Below, in pieces: positions 1 to 12,247 of a stretch of DNA of 64,000 nt. Positions within the stretch are counted from its first letter, which is position 1. The number at the start of each line of letters is the position of its first letter. The stretch comes from Octopus vulgaris. Taxonomy: Eukaryota. The notes under the pieces were generated by a model. That model worked only from the letters and a program-made list of their open reading frames with translations. It did no database searches and was not told where the DNA came from. The position numbers and the translations under genes are program-made. The stretch spans positions 103,292,001 through 103,356,000 of the forward strand of contig OX597817.1 in the NCBI GenBank assembly GCA_951406725.2. Reading direction: 5' to 3'.

Positions 1-501
1 CACGTATATGTGTATGTATGTATGTATGTATTATGTATATATATATATATATATATATCATAGAAAACAAGCAGATTTCTCGACACACAGACCTATATTT
101 GAGATAATGGAAGCTATTTTAATAAATATAAATAAATATAATTATTCATATAAATAACACTCTCGGACCCAGGAGGTTTTATGTGAACCACTACACATAT
201 CAGAGGAACGAAATGCAGAAACTCTAATTGTACATTCAATATACGCCCGTTATATGGCCTGTTTCCCTTGTCACGGTGTTAGTGGAGCAATTTCAACCAA
301 CAATGAATATAAAGTCGTTAATGTGTTCACAATTTTCAGATATAAATTTTATACATACACAAGACTGATTAACGTAAAAGGAGAATATCTATTATTTTAT
401 GTGACAAAAACACGCAATGCTCAATCTGTCTCTGTCACCCTGCTTCTGTCTATCTGTCCATCTCTCTCTAAATCAATATTCTTTCTTTCTTTCTTTCTTT
501 C

Positions 502-534
<33 letters not shown>

Positions 535-770
535 ATGTGTGAGTGCGTGCATGTGTTAGCAACTGCTCGAACTCAAACATTAGTGCTAGAATTGTTAACC
601 GATGAAATGAAAAACACAGCAAACATTTACTGATGAAAAATCCTAATGATTGATTACATATGTATATGCCTATAAGTATATAAGTATTTGCTAATGTATG
701 TATGTATGTATGTATGTATGTATGTATGTATGTATGTATGTATGTATGTATGTATGTATGTATATATATG

Positions 771-837
<67 letters not shown>

Positions 838-2772
838 TATCCGAAAAAATGCGAGCGCAGAAACGATGATGTTCTTCATTAATTTGAACTTGAAAGAGTA
901 TAGGAGTAAAAATGCAAGCTTAAATATATTGAAGCTGACGTTAGAATTTAATTAATATGCCTTTCGGATAGTTTCGGATCGAAAAAAGTAAGGGAAATAT
1001 TAAATGAAAGACTAGGTTGCTTTTGGACAGCATGTTTGGTAACAGCAAAATATTTGAAGAGCTGTTTTCTTTTCTCTCTCACAGGACCCTGTCATATACA
1101 TGCAGAATTGGGATCTTCTCTAATGGATTTATGCTGAGTCTGAAAAAGGTAATTTAAATTTTTTGCGCTTTAAGGAAAGGATTTGTTGTTCAACTTTTAT
1201 AGCGCCACAGAATTGTTGGGTTTCCAGAGTTTCACAGGCGTAGACTCAAATCTTTTGCTCTACTGATGATAAATTGTCGTTTTTGTATAGTGAGTAGACC
1301 TCGCTAAAACCGCCTCACTATCGATCTCTATTTCTGAACTGACAGGATTAATGCTTGCTTGATTGTTAGTAAAGATACAGTCCACGGTAGTCACGTTTCC
1401 TCTTTTGATACTTAAATGTCAACTCAGCTGTAGTTGGAAAAACATAAGAGGAAGATAGCTGATTGTTTTTAAAGTTTAAAGATAAGTTTGCATCTCCTTC
1501 ATACGAGTACTTCAACTCCCTTCCAACATATTGTCTATAATAGGGAGTAAATATAGAAAGTTCAGTATAGATATTGTTATATTTCGGGATAGTCATTTAT
1601 TTTTACCATCCTGAAATGTAACAATATCTGTTCCATATAGAATTTTCTTCGTAGAGGGTATTAGAATCTAAGGAGGGTATACACTTTTACTCTTGAATGA
1701 AGCAACATATTTTCAACAGCACATTCTTCTTATATAATTTCCAACTTCAATTGTAATATGTTTAAAATCTTCCACCTCTTCTTCTCCTGCACTTTTCTGG
1801 TTTCAGTTAATTAAAAATATTATCACTCGTGCGTCTGCTATTTTGCTGCTGGTTCTCCTATCTTACACAAAAAGAAGAAGAAAAAAAACAAAAAACAAAA
1901 AAACAACAACAAAAAACAAACACCGAGACACAATTCGAAAAGTATAAAAAGAAAATAAAAAACTGAATTTTTTCAAAAGGTTTTGACAAGTTTTTTTTTT
2001 TATAACTAATTGTACAAATTGACAAAAGTAAATTATATAAAAATGCCGCTTCATTTTTATATAATTTATTGGCGAAGGAAAAACGCCAATAAAACAGCAG
2101 TATTTGAATTAACTGACGCCAGTTAGAAAGAAGTATAGCAAATATGAATCAACCAGTTTAAGGCAAAGACAGTGTGATGACTTTGAATGACTTGTTCAAA
2201 AACGGCTAATAGTGGCTTCCCTTTGAGTCAGTAGGTATAGGTTAAAGTACTGAGGAAAGGCAAACAATTAGTCAAGGCAGAACTAGGGCATTTGATTTAG
2301 TCTAAACATTTAGTTCCATAACGAATGGTAAAAATAGTACAAAACAGGTAAAGGTAGTCTCTGACAGCTGTTTCTAGGATTCTATTGAAGTGTCGTATCG
2401 AGCGAAGACTCTATAAGCCGGGTATACCGTCATCGGAGAAATATAGGTTAGACAGAGGAAAGAATGCCCCTCATCAATGATATTTGTTGTGGTTTCTTAT
2501 GCCCAGGAGGGTAGGAGGGCCCAATTAAATCTAGTTGGATGAAGTCTTTTTTAGGTAAATCCATGATCAGAAAGAATGGTTAAGTAGTACATCAAGGTGA
2601 GAAGAGGGTAATAATAGTTATGTAGTACTCTGTACTGAGGGAAAGTGATGTTGAATGCAAGCAGATCCATCGTTCTGCATAGAATAAAGATACATTCTGG
2701 TGTAAGAGGTATCAATTGGATATGTATTGTTTAGTATATCGAAGGGTATTCGCTCCAGAATACATAGAGGTA

Positions 2773-2906
2773 GACGCAGGCGTGACTGTGTGGTAAGAAG
2801 TTTGTTTTCAACCATATGGTTCTGGGTTCAATCTTATAACCTGGCACCTTGGGCAAGTGTCTTCTGGTATGGTCTTGTGTGTGTGCGTGTGTGTGCGTGC
2901 GTGCGT

Positions 2907-2937
<31 letters not shown>

Positions 2938-3160
2938 CGTGTGTGTGCGTATTTGTTTCCCACTACCGCTCGACAACCAATATTGGCTCGTTTATGCCCC
3001 CCCCGTATCTAAGTGGTACAGAAAAAGAGACCAATAGAATAAGTACCAGGCTTTAAAAAAAAGGTCTAGGGTAGATTTGTTTGACTAAACCCTTCAAGAT
3101 GGTGTTCCAGAATGGCCGTAGTCCACTGACTGAAACAAGTAAAAAAATAAAAGACAAAAG
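2773..3160 (+). mobile_element. tRNA-derived SINE, family B (octopus-type, internal CA/TG microsatellite)
   Basis: Head GCAGGCGTGACTGTGTGGTAAG...GGGTTCAAT (A/B-box-like), then CCTTGGGCAAGTGTCTT and 3' end GACTGAAACAAGTAAAA. The same sequence recurs many times in the window. Confidence 0.8.
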
Positions 3161-3330
3161 TGATCTTTTGAGAAAACTGCTAATTATGACATCTTTTACG
3201 TTGAATTGAAAGAATGGAATTAACACCAATCTCCTCTTATTTATACAACGAATTTGATTTATGTCTCAGTTTATATCTATTTTAAATAATGCATATCATG
3301 CTTAATATTAATAGTAAAAGAACTACTTAC

Positions 3331-3454
3331 TTATGATATAATCATAAACAGGATCTGCTTTCTCTACTAAAGCTGGAAGTGTTGGTTCCTTCACCATATA
3401 ATATATACAAATACCAGCAACAATTATTGCTGATATACTTAGAAGATTAGTCAT
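3331..3454 (-). CDS. Probable first coding exon of a GMC-family FAD oxidoreductase (glucose/choline dehydrogenase-like); the gene continues left of the window
   Basis: Exon 3474-3331 is bounded by acceptor ttttattttTGTAG| and a consensus donor |GTAAGT. ATG at 3454 gives MTNLLSISAIIVAGICIYYMVKEPTLPALVEKADPVYDYII plus a phase-1 A. This is a hydrophobic signal anchor followed by YDYII, the strand preceding the GxGxxG FAD motif. The GxGxxG exon itself was not found in the window. Confidence 0.62.
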
Positions 3455-4264
3455 CGCTGGAAGAACTCGGATACCTACAAAAATAAAATAATTTGGTGAA
3501 AAAGTGAAAGGAACTTCGTAAATTATTCTCTTTTCAAAGTATGAATCGTTTTTCTGTATCTTATAAAATTCATTTTCCTACATTATATAATCTTCAGTTA
3601 TATCCATTTTTGTTCCGTTTGTGCAAAATTTTTAATCAATGATTTTTTAGCCCTTCTCAAATATTTCCATACGTTTCTTAGCTTGCTTACGCGCCTACCA
3701 TTCTTTCTTTCTTTCTTTCTTTCTCTTTAACACCTTTGTATAGTTCCAGTTTGTGCAATTACAAGACACATTTCCACACACACGAGTAACTTCACATATT
3801 TAATGGCCTTAAGCAAAAATTGTTAAATAGAAGGGAAAAATAAAAATAGAGTGTAAAGGTACATTTTAAGTACATTTTTCAAATTTTGCAGTTTTTATTG
3901 AGCTGACTTTTGGCAAGTTGTTGCTACCGTTATTTAGTTCCAAATCAGTCCTGAACGAACCAAATACACGACCACAGCTATTTCAGTCTTGATCATCTTG
4001 TCTATTGTGTATCTTGCCTATATCTGGGACATCGTTGTTATCCTATTTGCTCTTCTTGGCTTAACATGATGGGTTTTACTTCCAGGAAGATTTAACTGTT
4101 ATTTGGAGCAGTTTGAATGACAATGAAGACGTTTCGAGCCAACGTTTGATAGAGTTCCGACAATTTTACATGAAATTATACAGTCATAAATGCACTCCCA
4201 TATTTACGCTGCAACCCATTGTGATGATGATGATGATGATCATAATCATGATGACGACGATAAT

Positions 4265-6270
4265 AATTCTTTCTACGATCGGCATAAGTCCTGAAAACTT
4301 GGTGGAGGGAGCTAATCAATTTACATCTGCTCAGGTACTTGACTGGTACTTTATTTTAATTACCCCGAAGGGATGAAAGGCAAAATTCGACCTTAGCAAA
4401 ATTTGAAATCAGAACGTAAAGCCAGAAGAAACATCGCAAAGCATTTTGTCCAGCTCACCGCCTTGTACTTAATTTTTATTTTAAGCCTGGTACTTGTTCT
4501 ATCGGTTTTCCTTGCCGAACCACTGTGTTATGGGAACATAAACACACCAAAGCCGGTTGTCAAGCGGTGGTGGGGGACAAATACATGCCCAAAGGCATAC
4601 ACACCCGCAGATAGATACATATATATATATATGCAACGGGTTTCTTTCGGCTTCCGTCTACGGAATCCACTCACAGGGCTTTGGTTGGCTCGAGGTTATT
4701 GTAGAAAACACTTGTTCAAGATGCCACGCAATGAAATTGAACCCGGAACCATGTGGTTGTGAAGTAAACTTCTTACCACTGTGCTATGCCCGGTGCTCAA
4801 CAAGTTCTTATGTTATCGACTCCTGAAAGGACTAAAGACAATGTCAACCTCGGTGGAATTTGAACTGAAAACGTAGAGCTCGAATAAGTGTAACGAAGCA
4901 TTTTGTCCGGCGTGCTAACGAGTCTATCAGATCACTACCTTTCAGTATACAGTAATAATGAAATTATTTAAGAAACAAAAATATTATTTTCTACTCTAGG
5001 CACTAGGCCCTTTTTTTTGGGGAGGGGGCCAGTCGATTAGATCGACCCTAGTACGCAACTGGTACTTAATTTATCGATCCCGAAAGGATGTAAGGCAAAG
5101 TCGACCTCGGCAGAATTTGAAATCAGAACGTAAACACAGGCGAAATACCTATTTCTTTATTACCCACAAGGGGCTAAACATAGAGGGGACAAACAAGGGC
5201 AGACAAACAGACTAAGTCGATTACATCGACCCCAGTGCTTAACTGGTACTTAATTTATCGATCCCGAAAGGATGAAAGGCAAAGTCGACCCCGGCGGAAT
5301 TTGAACTCAGAACGTAACAACAGACGAAATACCTATTTCTTTACTACCCACAAGGGGCTAAACACAGAGAGGGGATAAACAAGGACAGACAAACGGATTA
5401 AGTCGATTATATCGACCCCAGTGTGTAACTGGTACTTATTTAATCGACCCCAAAAGGATGAAAGGCAAAGTCGACCTCAGCGGAATTTGAACTCAGAACG
5501 TAGCGGCAGACGAAATACCGCTAAGCATTTCGCCCGGCTTGCTAACGTTTCTGCCAGCTTACCGCCTTAAGAAACAAAAATATTCAATGATAAAAGTACT
5601 TACTAATGAATCTGGTATGCCAATGTCGTATGTCATTGAAATTATAACTAAATTCATATTTAATAATCCTTTCTACTATAGGCACAAAACTCGAAATTTT
5701 CGGGGTCGGGGATAGTCGATTACTCCGCCCCTCAGTGCTTAGCTGGTACTTATTTTATCGACCTCGGCGGAATTTGATTCGAACTCAGAGCGTAAAGCAT
5801 GAAGAAATGCCGCAAAGCATTTTGTCCGGTGTGCTAACGATTCTGCCAGCTCGCCGCCTTAAATTCAATTTTTAAAATTATTTCAAATTTGGGAACAAGG
5901 CCAGCAATTTCGGGGAGCATGTAAATCGATTAAATCGATTCCAGTGTTCAACTGCTACTTATTTTATTGACCCGGGAAGATGATATGCAAAGTCGACCTC
6001 GGTGAAATTTGAACTCAGAACGGAAAGACGTACGAAATGCCGCTAGCACTTCGCCCAGCGTGCTAACGATTCTGCCATCTCGCCGCCCTATATTAAAATT
6101 TAATAATCTTTTCTACTAAAGGCACAAGGCGTGAAATTTAGTGGGGGGGGGGGACTTGTCGGTCACATCGACTCCAGTGCTTGACTGATACTTATTTCAT
6201 TGACCCACAAAGATGAAAGGCAAAGTCAACTCGGTGGAATTTGAACTGAGAACATAGCGACAGACGATAT
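4265..6270 (-). mobile_element. Cluster of co-oriented tRNA-derived SINE family A copies, with one family B copy at about 4485-4790
   Basis: On the minus strand, GGCGGCGAGCTGGCAGAA..GTTAGCA...GAGTTCAAATTCC (A/B boxes) plus core GTCGACTTTGCCTTTCATCCTTTCGGGGTCGATAAA..AAGTACC repeats at about 4265-4465, 4800-4940, 4988-5567 (three cores), 5665-5860, 5885-6090 and 6105-6270. Confidence 0.85.
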
Positions 6271-6789
6271 TTAAATCTAATAATAGGATATTAATAGGAG
6301 CATAAAAATCAACGTCTCTAATAATTTAAATCTAATTTAAAAAAAATAATTTAAATTGTTTTATATGCCTTGGTTTCTTGGATTTGTTGGAAGCTTACGA
6401 TGATCTACGTTACAAACTTTACTGGTAGTCTGAAGAAGAGTATTCTTCGTAAAAGGAAAGTATGAATGGAAACGGTCCGATCAGAAATACGGATATGGTA
6501 CAAGTGCAGCACCGTATCTCAGGCAACATTTGCACTCTCGAAAAGGGAATCAGACGATGCTCGAAACATTGGCTTCTTTGAGTCGTTTCATCGTGATACA
6601 CTCATTCAACGACGCAACGCAAGGACTCTGCCCCGCTCTCTCTCTCCCTTTCTCTCCCTGTGTCTCTCTGTTTATCTGTATCTCTGTCTTTGTCTGTATG
6701 TCTCTCTCTGAAACACACACACGCGCATACACACATTATATACACTATAGGGATACCGTAACCAGAAGATTGAAAACACACACACACAC

Positions 6790-6832
<43 letters not shown>

Positions 6833-7629
6833 CATACATATACATATTTACGTATACATACGCGTGCACACACACACACACATATACATACATATACATA
6901 CGCATACAAACATATTTATACAGACACATAATATACCATTACACGGAATAATAATGCTTAGAGTTGAGACTGGGGGAAAATAACTGAACATCATTTAATA
7001 GTTGTAACGTTGCAGTTTATGACAGATGACAAAATAGCAGAAACCTCGTCGAAACTATTCTTGAAATAGTCTATTTTCATTACCTTTATTTATAGCATCA
7101 TCTAAAACAAGTTTTAATCGATGAATCAAACTATGCGATCAAATTCTTCTGTAAATATTCAGAGTTTAATCTCCAAGGTTCGTGGTAACACACTATAAAT
7201 ACTATCTGACGTTATTCTATCAAATTCAGAAACATTATTGTTGATAACTTATCTAATTTAATTTTATTTTTTCAATTGAACAGTTTTCCTGGATATTAAT
7301 GAAGTCAATAATAACATACACTTTTGATCCGTTTAAAATAATTTTTCTGAAAAATTCCATTTCTTATTGATTGGTTAATATGGTCTGCAATGAGAGTTTC
7401 CTTAATTGATTTTTGGAGTTTTAATTTATGCTTCATGTGTGACAAAAGTTCTTTTTCTACTGACAGTATCATAAGTCTTACCTACGTTCAAAATCTTTTT
7501 TTTTATCTTTAATTTCGCCAAAAGTTGTATAAATAATTTACTTTTACAACCAATTTCGTTTCAGAATGTTCCTTCATTTGTTTCGGAAAAGAAATTTCCT
7601 GAACTGTTTTTATTGATTTCTCATTCAGC

Positions 7630-8415
7630 AACTTTTTACCTAAAGCCAGCAATTTTGGGGAGGGAGATAAGTTGATAACATCGACCTCAGGGCTCAATTG
7701 GTACTTATTTTATCGACCCTGAAAGGATGAAAGGTAAGGTCAACCTCGGCGGAATTTGAACAACTCAGAGCCTAAAGACGGTTGAGATACCGATAAGCAT
7801 TTTGCTCGGCGAGCGAACGGTTCTGCAAGTTCACTGCCTTTTTCCTACCTGTATTATTGGTTAAAATTTTGGCACAAGGCTAGCAATTTCGGAGAGTGGG
7901 GTGTGTTGATTATATTCACCCCGATGCTCAACTGGTACTTATTTCATCGACTCTGAAAGGACCAAAGGCAAAGCAATATCAGGTGGTGATATTGCTCATT
8001 AACAAGTCGGATAAAATGATCAGCGGCATTTCTCTCGGCTCATTGCGTCCTGAATTCAAATTCCGCCGAGGTCGACTTTGCATTTTATCTTTTCGGAGTT
8101 AGATAAAATAAGTACCAGTTGAATACTGAGGTCGATGTAATCGAATTGCACCTTCTCCCTTAAAAATTCTGTCCTTTCATCAAAATTTGAAACCATCATT
8201 GGTTTCAAATTTTGGCACAGGGTCAGCAAGTTTGGGGAAGGGAGCAAGTGAGTACACTAACCCCAGTGCTCAAATGATATTTATTTTATCAACCCCGAAA
8301 AGATGAAAGACAAAGTCGAGCTCAGCGGAATTTGAACTTAGAACGTGAAGACGGGCAAAATGCCGCTAAGCATTTCGTCCGGCTTGCTAACGATTCTGCC
8401 AGCTCGTCACCCTAA
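7630..8415. mobile_element. SINE family A copies in mixed orientation
   Basis: Minus copies at about 7630-7840, 7860-7970 and 8200-8415; plus copy at about 7980-8195. Same core as the 4265-6270 cluster. Confidence 0.8.
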
Positions 8416-8947
8416 AATTTGAAACCGTAATTGAGAAGTCCCAGAAAAAAAAGTGCAGGGGTCGATTCATTCGACTAATAATTCTTCAAGGCGGAGCCCC
8501 AGCATGGCCGTAGTCTAATGACTGAAACAAGTTATAAGATAAAAGAGGCAAGAGGCAATCAGCTAAAGGTGGGAGGGGAACGCATGCACAAACACACAAT
8601 TATAACTGTACCACATTACACACTCACAGACACACACACAAATACACACACATACATGCATCTTGCTCTATGTATTAATACATACGTGTACACACATAAA
8701 CACATGTACAATTCTTATTCTAGTCACTACAAATAAACTTTAGCAATCTTTCTATGATATTTTGAAAAGAGAACATTTTAGGCAGAAAACTCAGTGATTA
8801 ACCTTTATTTCAAAACATTAAAGAGCCAAATGCAGGGTTCGCATGGGGACGGGGAGTCAGGGTCATCTGACTTTGTAGCATGCTTGACATCATAACATTT
8901 CTCAGACTTTCTTTAGCGTCCAGTTCTCATTAACACACGCGCGCGCG

Positions 8948-9018
<71 letters not shown>

Positions 9019-9439
9019 AAAACAAAATAAAAAGAATTTTACATGTTCACTCAAATATGTGCGAACCAGTCCCATTTCATCACTGTATGTGTGTATGTGA
9101 GAGCGCGCGCGCGTTAGTGTATGCATGTGCGCATAAGCGTGTGTATGCGTGCGTGTGTACGAAAGCGCGGGGGCCTAGTGACTAAGTTGTTGATTTCACA
9201 ATCACGTAGTCATATGATCGGTTCGTGGGTCAGGCGGTGGGATGCGTTGTGTCCTTGAGGAGAGCGCTTCATATTATATTACTCCTGACCTAAAACTGAA
9301 CAGGTGTCACCTGCCCATTTTCAAGCTGTCCTGACCTTGTAGTTACGCCCGGTTCAGACTGCAGCAGCCAGAAGAGTATCTATATCTGCTCAAGACTACT
9401 TAGGTATCTAAAGCAATAGCCAAGTCAAATTAGCTAATA

Positions 9440-12059
9440 TTCCTCAGAACTCAATACTAATTGCAGCAGAAACGAAACCAGTTGAGATTTGTTCAGTAGG
9501 GTACTCTTCATGATATACTGGAAGTCCCACAAAATCTTTTGAGTGGAACGATATTTTTTCAGGGTTAAACTTTAGGATTTCAGGATTAGACGACCAAGGT
9601 ACAGACAGGAACAGCAATACTTCTTATGAAGCTATCAAGTTTTGATGTTTTAACGTATGTTTTTCTGATATATCTTTGACATGGAAATGTCTGCCAAGAG
9701 ATTTTGGGTTGCCTTATACAGTTACCAGGAGTAGCCGCACCCCAGTTTAACCTTTTCACCGGCATTGTGTGCTATACGATTGGTATAAGAAATGTGTATA
9801 ATATGGCATGTCCAAGCATTGGATTCTAAAGTTGGGATGTCTGTGCTGCATGTATGACATCAGTAAAGGTATTAATATCCATAACTACATAACTACATGT
9901 AGGTTTTCCCATAACGTCTGTCTTAAGGCCTATATTAATATTCAACCATTTTCTTTACAGTGTCATCATGGCATACTGCGTATTTTGTAACAAGAAACTG
10001 ACAGATGGAGCAACAATCACACTGGGTGATAAAGGTTGTGAAGGTATAGTAAAAGCAAGTTTTCAACGTGAATCTAGTATTGTGGTGAAACCGAGTGGTG
10101 TTCACTGAGAATGTAGAAAGAAATTTTGTCATCCGAGTGAAACAGAACGGTTTAAGCAGAAACGTTCTTCCATTCGAAACGGACTCATCCCTCCGTAACA
10201 TAGTCAGCGGAATCTCGGTTGGTTTCCAGCTTAATGTGGATGATGCAAAAAGGATCGGTTATGACATTCTTGATGAAATGGTTGGACAGTATGTGGTCAA
10301 ATACAGTTTCAAAAGGAAAGCCCAAGCCATTTCTTTTGACTCGGCAGTCAAGATAGGTGATGAGGAAGTACAGATTGATCCGCTTCTTCTGTTTTAACGA
10401 CTAATCATTGCAGGATTTCAGGAGAATGATCTTCCGAATGCTCCTGAAAGCTGTAAAGACACAAGTAGCTGACGCCATCTTATCCAAGGTAACCCACAAC
10501 CAAGCAATCTTCTCCATCGCTTTCTATGGCAACTTGGTGAAACATACAAGATATTGCAGGACTATACCGGATATGTTACAAAACACTTTGTCAGGTAGTG
10601 GTTGCGTTTGATGGTTAAGACAGCACACATCAGCGCCGAATAGAGTGTGAGAGTAGGAAGGTAACATTCCATCTGTCTGCGAAGCTCCAGTTAAAAAAGA
10701 TGGAATTCCTCTCAGACCAAGAGAACAATCAACGCTTTCTTGAACTTTTGGGAGAAGCCCTGACCAAAGAAGTCTGTGAAGTTATCCATGTAAGAGGAGA
10801 TGCAGATACTCTTATTATCTAAACTGCAGTGAGAATCTCTGAGGACAGAGAAACTGTGTTAGTTGGAGACGACACAGACCTACTTATTCTCCTCATCCAC
10901 CTTGCAGGAGAAAACAAACATGACATCCACTTCCGACCTGAACCAAAGAAAGGAGCAAAAGTCAGGTACATGGCTATTAATTCGATCAAGCAGAAGCTTG
11001 GGGTCCAGGTGTGCAGGCACATTCTCTTTGTGCATGCTTTCTTGGGGTGTGATATCACATCCAGGGTTTTTGGGATCGGGAAGGCGGCAGGTTTCAAACT
11101 TATTCAAGACAGCGAGGCATTTCGGGAATAGGCGGAGGTGTTGAGGAATACAAGGGCAACAAAGAACGATATCTTCACGGCTGATGAGAAGGCAATAGCC
11201 ATTTTCTATAAGTGGAACTCCAGCAATTCCCTTGATGATGTTAGATATCGCCGATTCCAAGCCCTTGTCACCACGAAAAATAAGGCATTTCTCCTTAACA
11301 TGTTGTCATCAATATCAGTAGCTACGAAGTACCATAATCTATGTGTCTACCACCAAGTCAAAGAGCGGTAGGAGAACACGCTGAATGCTGAAAACTGGGG
11401 ATGGAAGCTTTCAGATGGAACGTTTAAACCAGTCATCTCTGATCGTGCCCCTGCACCGCGGTCATTGTTGACTCTAGTGCGATATGCCTGCAAATCAGGT
11501 TGTGGGACAATGACTATGACAATGCTGAGGATGGAGATAACAGCTAAATCTGACTAAATAGGTAATTGAACTGACGGACTGTAAGCTTTTACTGTACAGC
11601 ATATACTTGTGCCTAAGTATGTATTTTATTTTTTCTTATCCCCTGATGATGTCAATATAAACAAAAGCACTTGGGATTAAGATTTTTATCTTATCTTGTG
11701 GTAAACAATTTTATTGTGGACGTGTATGTGTGCGGAAGCGGGGTTTGGGGGTAAGTAATGTTTAACTTTATGGGTGGAGGAGATAACTAATTTTTAATAC
11801 TTTACTTGAAAGATTACCCATGAAAACATAGGTAAAGGTGTTATTTGTTTTGGATTATCTTGATTAGTTAAGAAGTTATGCCCATTTGAAGTTGCACCAA
11901 GTTAAAAAATGCTAAAATAGTGATGCTTTTTCATTGTGTTATTTCAGCATGTTCCACTCTGATGATTTTGTGAACTTTTAGTATGTTCTAAGAAGCCTTT
12001 ATCCCAGACAAATACCACTGGTTTCGTTTCTCTTGCAATTAGTGGTGGATCCTGGTGTA
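9440..12059 (+). mobile_element. Internally deleted Academ-like (AcademX, XPG/FEN1 nuclease-type) DNA transposon
   Basis: Imperfect TIRs of about 110 bp: 9440-9549 CTAATTGCAGCAGAAACGAAACCAG...CACAAAATC..GAGTGGAAC versus the reverse complement of 11951-12059. Broken coding remnant at about 10095-11520 contains GDADTLII, VGDDTDLLILL, HAFLGCDITSRVFGIGK (H3TH-like), YHQV...WGWKL...PAP...CKSGC. Confidence 0.75.
10095..11520 (+). pseudogene. Degenerate C-terminal half of an Academ transposase-XPG polyprotein
   Basis: ORF pieces 10095-10397, 10829-11131 and 11138-11371 are colinear and separated by stops or frameshifts. They carry PIN/FEN-like acidic motifs and the start of a Cys-rich C-terminal finger. 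Confidence 0.7.
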
Positions 12060-12130
12060 CATTTACTGCATTACAAAGAAAGTATGGTACTTGCTATCAA
12101 GTTACACTCACTTCGAAGTGACTGCTAAGG

Positions 12131-12131
12131 A

Positions 12132-12212
<81 letters not shown>

Positions 12213-12247
12213 GTCAGTAGATCTGTCTGTCTGTCTGTCTGTCTATC
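12131..12247. repeat. (ATCT)n/(GTCT)n microsatellite
   Basis: Direct reading of the sequence. Confidence 0.95.

Noticed and set aside
1085-1148. Plus-strand exon-like segment (tctctcacAG...AAG|GTAATT)
   Set aside because: The only open frame (TLSYTCRIGIFSNGFMLSLKK) is unrecognisable and no partner exons were found.
1366-1596. 76-aa minus-strand ORF as a continuation of the GMC gene
   Set aside because: It has no GxGxxG or other GMC motif. It faintly resembles a decayed LINE ORF1 (REL...PTT..LTF), too weakly to call.
4988-5567. Regularly spaced repeats as a CRISPR-like array
   Set aside because: The units are SINE cores of about 185 bp with no unique spacers, the context is eukaryotic, and there are no cas genes.
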